Shown here: positions 57,378-64,000 of the stretch, piece by piece
Numbering within the stretch: the stretch's first letter is position 1
Layout: every line of letters starts with the position of its first letter
NCBI GenBank assembly: GCA_023231475.1
Contig: JALJEE010001321.1
Coordinates: 1-64,000 of the forward strand
Direction of reading: 5' to 3'
Source: Seison nebaliae
Taxonomy: Eukaryota
DNA: 64,000 nucleotides
Translations under genes and position numbers: made by a program
The notes under the pieces: model-generated
What the model was told of the DNA's origin: nothing
Seen by the model: only the letters and a program-made list of their open reading frames with translations
Databases searched by the model: none

Positions 57378-58073
57378 TTTAAGTTTATAGTGAGAATGAG
57401 ACAAATAAAATTTAAAATAAAATATTTTATGGAAATATCTGACGAATTTATGTTGACAATAAAGAAGAATTTAATGCGAACACTTCACATGATGAACTGA
57501 ACATATTCAATAAAATGCTGCTAACACCAAATAATGTTCTGGTATTTGTCGAACAAAAGAACTTGAAATCTCAATTCATGATCTTCCCGAGCTACCATTA
57601 TCTTCATTCAATTCTTCGAACTTTTCGAAAATTTCTAATTTTATGAACTTTAACATCATCTCATGGTTCTTAGTAGTTAATATGACGTGAAAATGAAAAT
57701 AATTTAAGTTTATAATTAAATATTATAGAAATTTTTAAAAACGAGTCGAAAACTAAAAAATGAATGAAAAAAATGGTCGTCGATATCATCAATTGTCCTA
57801 ACGTGTAAGATGTCTATTTCGGCAAATTAAATGTTAATTAAATTTTTGAGTAGATGACAGAAATGTTTCTTTTAAATTCCCTTACTTGTTAGTTGTAGTT
57901 GTAAATTGTTAGATCATTTGATGGTGTTGAACGAATTTTTATGCTTTTCAGCTTCACTTCAAATGAATAATGAAATGAAAAGAATCTGTGAATTGGCATT
58001 TTTCGTTGAAGAAATATGAAATTAAATTATAAGTTTATCAATTTGTGAAATAATTTTCAATTTAAAACGGAAA

Positions 58074-58757
58074 ATGTTTCGGATATTTATTCGAACTATC
58101 AAAACTTTTCATTCACCACCCAAAGTGATATGTGAAGGTTTCCCCGAAAAGAATAAATTGCCTTTTATGCCCAAGACCCCTCAATATGCGCCCGGTTATA
58201 AAATTCGACGAATGATGAAGAATACGATGGAGATTCGAGGAGTGGAGAATGTGCACAATCAATTGATTCACCGTCAATATGGTGTGCAGGCATTGGGTGG
58301 TGGGAAATTGAAGCATGGTCATTTTGAAATGATGAGAAATACGATAAATAAGAAATTGGATTTCTATCGCACATTCGCCATTTATCGGGTGGAGCCATTG
58401 TGGCGACCAGAAACGAAGAAAGGAATCGGTAAACGATGTGGAAACGGTAAAGGTTCCATCGACCACTATACGACTCCGGTGAAACGTGGAAGAATAATTA
58501 TGGAAATTGGAGGAACGTTAGAATTCCGAGAACTCTCCAAAGTTCTGAATGAAGTGGCACATAAATTACCATTTCCTGCACGAACGGTAACTCAGGATTT
58601 ATTGGATGAAGAGGAAAAAACGGAGGAGATGGTTAGAGAAGAGAACATCAATCCATTGAAATGGGAATGGATCATTCGAAATAATTTAATGAATATTCAT
58701 TCGAAAATTTCTCCGCAAGACATCATCTTTAGTGTTCATGGACCCAACGTGAGATAA
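58074..58757 (+). CDS. MRPL16: Mitochondrial ribosomal protein L16 (uL16m), intronless
   Basis: IRGVE...YGVQALGGGKLKHGHFEMMR, KKGIGKRCGNGKGSIDHYTTPVKRGRIIMEIGG and VAHKLPF motifs, plus the metazoan C-terminal NPxxWExIxxNN extension. Confidence 0.93.
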   Translation: MFRIFIRTIKTFHSPPKVICEGFPEKNKLPFMPKTPQYAPGYKIRRMMKNTMEIRGVENVHNQLIHRQYGVQALGGGKLKHGHFEMMRNTINKKLDFYRTFAIYRVEPLWRPETKKGIGKRCGNGKGSIDHYTTPVKRGRIIMEIGGTLEFRELSKVLNEVAHKLPFPARTVTQDLLDEEEKTEEMVREENINPLKWEWIIRNNLMNIHSKISPQDIIFSVHGPNVR

Positions 58758-58859
58758 TTTGAAAAAAAAATAAAATTTCGACGAACAATTCTAAAAATAT
58801 TTCTTTTTTCAATCAGATCACATTTCTTTTCATCATCGAATGGAATTGAAGAAGAGACG

Positions 58860-59276
58860 ATGAAATTCTTACAAAATATTCTCTCTCGATCAGTTTCCAT
58901 GACAACCCAACGGTTTCATATCGTCAAATTAACGAGAATGAATATTGTTGACAATTCATCGATTGCCATTAATGGAATGGCTTATCATCGACGTCCGAAA
59001 GTTATTCATGTTTATACGAAAACTGGAATCGGACGAGTAGGAGATAAAATCCTTCTCGCTGTCAGTGGTCAGAAACAGAAAGCATTAATCGTTGGTTGCA
59101 AAGGCAAATTGGGAGATCATCGAACAGCTTCTAGAATTGATGCAAATAATTGTATCATAATTGATGATGATGGTATTCCAATCGGTTCTATCATCAACGC
59201 ACCGATACCGATCGAATTGAAGAAAATGGATCAAGTGCACGAGAAAGTTTTTAAAATGACCACGGCAATTTTCTAA
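58860..59276 (+). CDS. MRPL14: Mitochondrial ribosomal protein L14 (uL14m), intronless
   Basis: KLTRMNIVDNS, PKVIHVY, GRVGDKILLAVSGQKQKALIVG and DANNCIIIDDDGIPIGSII.APIP motifs. Confidence 0.92.
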   Translation: MKFLQNILSRSVSMTTQRFHIVKLTRMNIVDNSSIAINGMAYHRRPKVIHVYTKTGIGRVGDKILLAVSGQKQKALIVGCKGKLGDHRTASRIDANNCIIIDDDGIPIGSIINAPIPIELKKMDQVHEKVFKMTTAIF

Positions 59277-59491
59277 TAAAAATCTCTTTGTTCCAACTAA
59301 TAAAAAAGTTAGTTTATTTGGATAAGTTATTGTTAAGATTAAGAATTTTTTGTATATAAAGACTTCTATCTCGTCGTCATCATTGTGGTCGCTATCTCGT
59401 TGTAAATAAGAAAAATTGACAAGAAATTTGTGAGTTGGAATGAAAATAAAAAACGAAAGAGAAATAAATATCTCTTGTCGTATTGAGATTT

Positions 59492-61218
59492 CTATTTAAG
59501 TTTATTGTATAAGATCGGTATTCCTAATTCGGGACGACGATCAATTCCTTTCACCATATTTGAGATCTGAATAAATTAAAGAAATTATGATCATTCATCA
59601 AATGAAAATACTAAACGACATGTGAGGGAAGGATTAATGCACCATTCTCTCTTAATCGATTTCTCATCATATCGATATCATCGTTGTTGACGCCACGACA
59701 AGCGTCTTCGACTACTACCGTTTTATAACCATATTCCACTCCGTGTAAAGCAGTGGAACCCACACAAACATCATAAGCGACGCCACAGACGTAAATGTCA
59801 GTGATGTTCCACTTATCTAATTCTTCCTTGAGATTCGTCTGTGCTTTCTTCCCGTTGTCCCAGAAAGCGGAATAACTGTCGATTTTCGAATTTGTTCCTT
59901 TGTAGATGTTGATGGAATTCTGCTTGAACTGTCAATGAAGTGATTAGTGATGATTAGGATGAGAGAAATCAGACTTTCAATTTTGGATGAAGTTCAGCTC
60001 CAAATGTGTCTTGGACGCAATGTGTCGGCCATAAACGTTGTTCTCGTTTACCATCAATATCGAAAATGACGGAATCGCCCATAACTATATCATCTAATTG
60101 TTTCTGTAGAATAATAGAATATTGAGAGGATAGAGAAAAGGGGAGAGAGAGAGAAACTGGAGATAATTCATGAATTGGCCAAATGTTGATATTCTCAAAG
60201 AATGAGATATGGTCTTTTGGATGCCAATCATAAGTGTAAACGATGAGATCGAATGAAACCTCATCAATCATTCGATTGATAAATGGTATGATTTCCAGAG
60301 CTTCCTGACGTGCGTCACAATGTCGGAGTGCGAGCGAACCGTCAACAAAATCATTCTGAACATCCACAACGATCAATGCAGATTTTGGTTTGATTAAATT
60401 CTCTTGACATATTTTGTGACAATTCTCAAATTCGTCTTTCGTCATTAGTGTTCCCTAGTGACACAAAATGGAATTTACAATCTTCAGACAAAATAATCGC
60501 GTTTTGTACGAGATTATAAGAGAATATTGAAAGAGAAAATTTTTGAAAAATGAACAAATAAGTTCCGTTTATTAGCAGATATCCTTCTTATTCAGGCGGA
60601 TGAATGTGATCGATGGATGAATGTGAGAAATTGGCAAAAGGAGACTTGTCGAAAAAAAAAAAGGATATAACTTTCTTCCAAATGGAATAATTGAACAATA
60701 AATGAAAAGTGAGTTTAATTTGAAGAAGAATTGAGGAACGATAAACAAAAAGACTAATGGGCATTTGCGTGAAAATTAATTAAATTTTTTTATTTAATCA
60801 ATAATTCCGTAGGAACAGGGAAATTCTTCCACTCCTCTCTCTTACGTATACACATCGTACGGATGATGATGATAAATGAACAGGAAATGTAAAATAACCT
60901 TACTCTTAGCAACCGTCGAAAATAATCGATCATAATCTACATCACGAACTAAATAAGATTTTTTGTTGGCAGCTTGAAATAGTTCGTTTAAAAATAATGT
61001 GAATTCGCTTCGATTTAAATATCCATCACTTAAAACGAGAAACAGATAAGATAAATTTAACTTACGAAATTTTCATTTCGTCACAAAAAGTTATGTAAGA
61101 AATTTCTTGAATGTTCTCGAAAAAACAAGAAACGAGAGATTTGATGTCATTATCTCTCAAAAGACAATGAGATTATTGGAACTAACTTGTCTTTATCGTA
61201 TTTTTGGAATGATTCCAT
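59492..61218 (-). CDS. Nicotinamidase (isochorismatase family, PNC1/Naam-like) with an N-terminal EF-hand, at least 6 exons
   Basis: DKDNDGYLNRSEF EF-hand; ALIVVDVQNDF, DWHPKDHISF, LWPTHCVQ, KGTNSKIDSYSAFWDN and GVAYDVCV catalytic motifs. An extra upstream exon is possible. Confidence 0.9.
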
Positions 61219-63035
61219 GATGTTCGATCGCCCTTGAAATAAGGAAAGTGAAATATATTAGAATTGTGGTTAATCTGCAATTGAATTGAAATTTGGTTTT
61301 GGGAAAGAATAGGAATTGTCGTTAAAATGTTTTCATGGGAAATTGTAATTTCTCAATCGATTAATCGAAAATCATCAAAACCAATCATCATATGTATGGT
61401 AAATGTGAAATGAGGAAAATGGGAATTTTGACTGGAACGAATATGAGTTGAATTCGAGAGAACATTTCAAAAAACTGAATTGCATGATTAATTAGATAAA
61501 GTTTGGATAATGTCACATTTATATATAATATATTATTAATATATATATATATATATATCCCTCCGTCATATTGATGGTAGAATAGAAGAAGGTTTTTTCT
61601 TTGTTACCTGTCGTGCTATCATCGATGGAATAAGGTGGAAGAAGTGAAGGAGATTGAGGAGATTGGATAAAGAAAAAAGAAATGGTGGAAGGTGCAAGAA
61701 AATGAGAAAGAAAAAGTATGAGAAATATTTTCGATGAAATTGTCTGACAATATATGCGCAAACTTCTCAATAGGTTAGATGGGTAAAGTTGAAATGTAAA
61801 AGGAAGAATAGAAGAAATGATTTTCTCTGTTTTCCACTAACCAACAACTGAAGTCGAAAGAAGAATGTCGATTCATTTGTTTCGTTCTGCTAATCTATAA
61901 TTGTTTAAAGGAATATATCATACTTTCTTGTATTGTTATGGTAGATGGAATTTTTCTCTATAAAAAATAAATTAAAAGAGAATCGTAAACAATCGTCGAC
62001 GAGGAGAGTTGTCGGACCCGGCTAGTTGTTCGCATTATAGAGAAAGAAACTTTCATAAAACTCTATTTTTATGTCACATTAAATAAGATGATGAGGAGAA
62101 TTAAATGGGGAGTTATTGGAGGGGAGGGGAGAAGTGTTGCAGATTCAGTATTTCATGAAGTAGATCCATTTTCGCGATTATTGCCTCCATTCCTCCCCGT
62201 TCCATATAATCATCTCTTCATTAAATACTTTTATTAACTTTCCAACACAGAGAATTTGGAAGTTTCAATGTCTACAACCCAATTTCATTCATTTTAAGCA
62301 CAATTCTTTCAAATTTCTTTCAAATTTCTTTCTTTCTTCCCATTCTTTCTTCCCATTCTTCTAACAACTCTCAATTGTCAGGAAACGATATTGTTGGTCG
62401 AAGTGAGTAGTGAGACTAGAGTGGGAGGTAGTCAAATTGTAAAATTAATTCTTTCCTTTCACTCCCCAACTAGTTGATGCTGTTGCTAACAAATTCTTAT
62501 TATTCAAGATCAAAGAATTAATTAGAAATTTTGTTGGAAGGAAGTTGGACTGCTTCAATTTAAGGTGGATTTCTTCAAATTTTCTTATTCAATTCACTTC
62601 CTTCCTTTATCCATATCGTCCCATTGTCCATTTCACTTCAACGCAAATCGAACAAATAAACTACTTCCACTTCATTTACATATTCCTCCCAAACTTATTA
62701 TTAATCGAATCGAACATTCCAATCATTCATATTCGAAAGTTTTAAATTGAAATTTGAAATCTTTATTTGAGACACCAAAAAAATTATTTTATCATTTATC
62801 AGATGGGAACATATATTTCACGTAGAAATTCATTTGAGTAGAATTATGTTTAGAGTAGAGAATTGATTGAGATGAAAATAGATTAAATTCGATTTCGATG
62901 AAATAGTTTAATAAGGCCACATCGAATGAATGATAAAGGAAAAAAAATTGAATTAGAAATTTATTTTACTCTTTTCCATTTTAGTTAACGAACGTTTCCC
63001 CCCACTTTCATTTCAGTTTTTACGAAAGGGAAGGA

Positions 63036-63464
63036 ATGTATAAAATTATCGATCTGTTACCGCCAAACTACGGATATGTGTTGTTGACCGCTCATTGTAG
63101 TGTGTTGATTACGATGTGGACTGGTATCAATTTATGTCGAGCTCGAAAGAAGTATGCCATTACAGCCATGGCCGTTTATAGTGATAAGAGTATGATGTTC
63201 AACTGTTTTATGCGAGCTCATCAAAGTATGCTAGAGATGTATCCATTCTTCCTCTATATGCATCTAATAGGTGGTCTAGTTTATCCCATCAGCATGAGTA
63301 TTAGCGGACTTATCTTTCAATTGGGACGGATCGCTTATGCTCTAGGCTATTATACAGGTGAACCGAATAATCGATTTTGGGGAAGTTTCGGAACTATCAG
63401 TTATTTCCTTTATATCAGTTGGTTCGTATGGATGACACTTCACGACATAATGAAAGTTTGTTAG
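63036..63464 (+). CDS. MGST3: Microsomal glutathione S-transferase 3-like (MAPEG family), intronless
   Basis: YGYVLL, RARKKY, FNCxxRAHQxxLExYP and GRIAYALGYYTGEP..R..G motifs. Confidence 0.88.
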   Translation: MYKIIDLLPPNYGYVLLTAHCSVLITMWTGINLCRARKKYAITAMAVYSDKSMMFNCFMRAHQSMLEMYPFFLYMHLIGGLVYPISMSISGLIFQLGRIAYALGYYTGEPNNRFWGSFGTISYFLYISWFVWMTLHDIMKVC

Positions 63465-63634
63465 CGAAAATAAAGAGTGGGAAAGAAATATTAAAAATTA
63501 AGATTTTTATTTATATGATGTGTTAAAAATTGATCAATTATCAATATTCTAAATGACTAATAAATTCAAATTATCTCAATTCTCTATTATTCGGAAAAGC
63601 AAAAAAAAAAGAAAAGATAAAATTAAGCGAAAAA

Positions 63635-64000
63635 TTAGAGTTGTAGTTTCACCACCGTTCCCTCTCGTTTGATGACATGATCTATCGTCTTTGGCACCAT
63701 TTTGATGCAATCGATAATCGGACAAACTGAAGAACATAATGTACATCCTGAAAAGAAGAATTTTAAGTTAATTACGAATTAATAAAACAAAAAAAATTGT
63801 ACGGAAAAAAAAACCTGTACAATCATTGTTGACCGTTGGAATATGAGTGACGGGATCGAAATTGATAGCTTGATATCCTGAGTCGTTACAAGCCATATAA
63901 CACTTTCCACAATTGATGCACATTTCCTGAATTTGAAAAATAGAATTTTGAAAAATTGAAATTTCAACTTCATCAATTAGTGCCACAACTTGTTTCGTGT
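63635..64000 (-). CDS. DPYD: 3' end (last three exons) of dihydropyrimidine dehydrogenase, C-terminal 4Fe-4S domain; runs off the window
   Basis: [63 protein letters not shown]...LQL*. Confidence 0.93.

Noticed and set aside
47771..57404. ORF-track ORFs of 60-107 aa in the gene desert; possible transposon remnants
   Set aside because: No transposase, reverse transcriptase or other domain motifs, terminal repeats or consistent exon chains were seen.
58749..58816. Cis-splicing that fuses MRPL16 to MRPL14
   Set aside because: Splicing from either nearby donor enters a frame that stops at TGA before the MRPL14 ATG.
61029..61115. Canonical GTAAGT donor (61065) defining an extra nicotinamidase exon
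   Set aside because: A cassette would be 50 nt and frameshifting, and the resulting 37-nt intron is shorter than any other here. An alternative start MKIS cannot be excluded but is unsupported.

Overview
This is AT-rich nuclear DNA from a compact-genome invertebrate animal. It carries a cilium gene, a Kirre/NEPH-type IgSF gene and an EF-hand nicotinamidase; a spiralian origin is only a guess. I spliced genes by hand using protein homology and found, in order: G-protein beta (+), BRK1 (-, absent from the ORF track), MTO1 (+), a secreted multi-domain protein (-), axonemal dynein DNAH2 (+, 21 exons), CCDC130/YJU2B (-), NECAP (+), a ~2900-aa low-complexity orphan (-), a 5-Ig Kirre/NEPH-like receptor (-), a ~10.8 kb non-coding stretch, tandem MRPL16-MRPL14 (+), nicotinamidase (-), MGST3 (+) and the 3' end of DPYD (-). 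The strongest signal is the splice code. Of 49 introns placed by hand, 45 begin GTT (20 of 20 in DNAH2), 2 begin GTA, 2 begin GTC and none begin GTG. The +5 G is mostly lost and nearly all introns are 41-61 nt. This inverts the usual GTRAGT donor consensus and points to a divergent spliceosome. Other notable items are two convergent genes whose stop codons overlap in one TTAA, an operon-like MRPL16-MRPL14 pair, a candidate in-frame cassette exon in DNAH2, an RFX X-box and an E2F/CHR promoter. All gene models are manual and have no transcript support.
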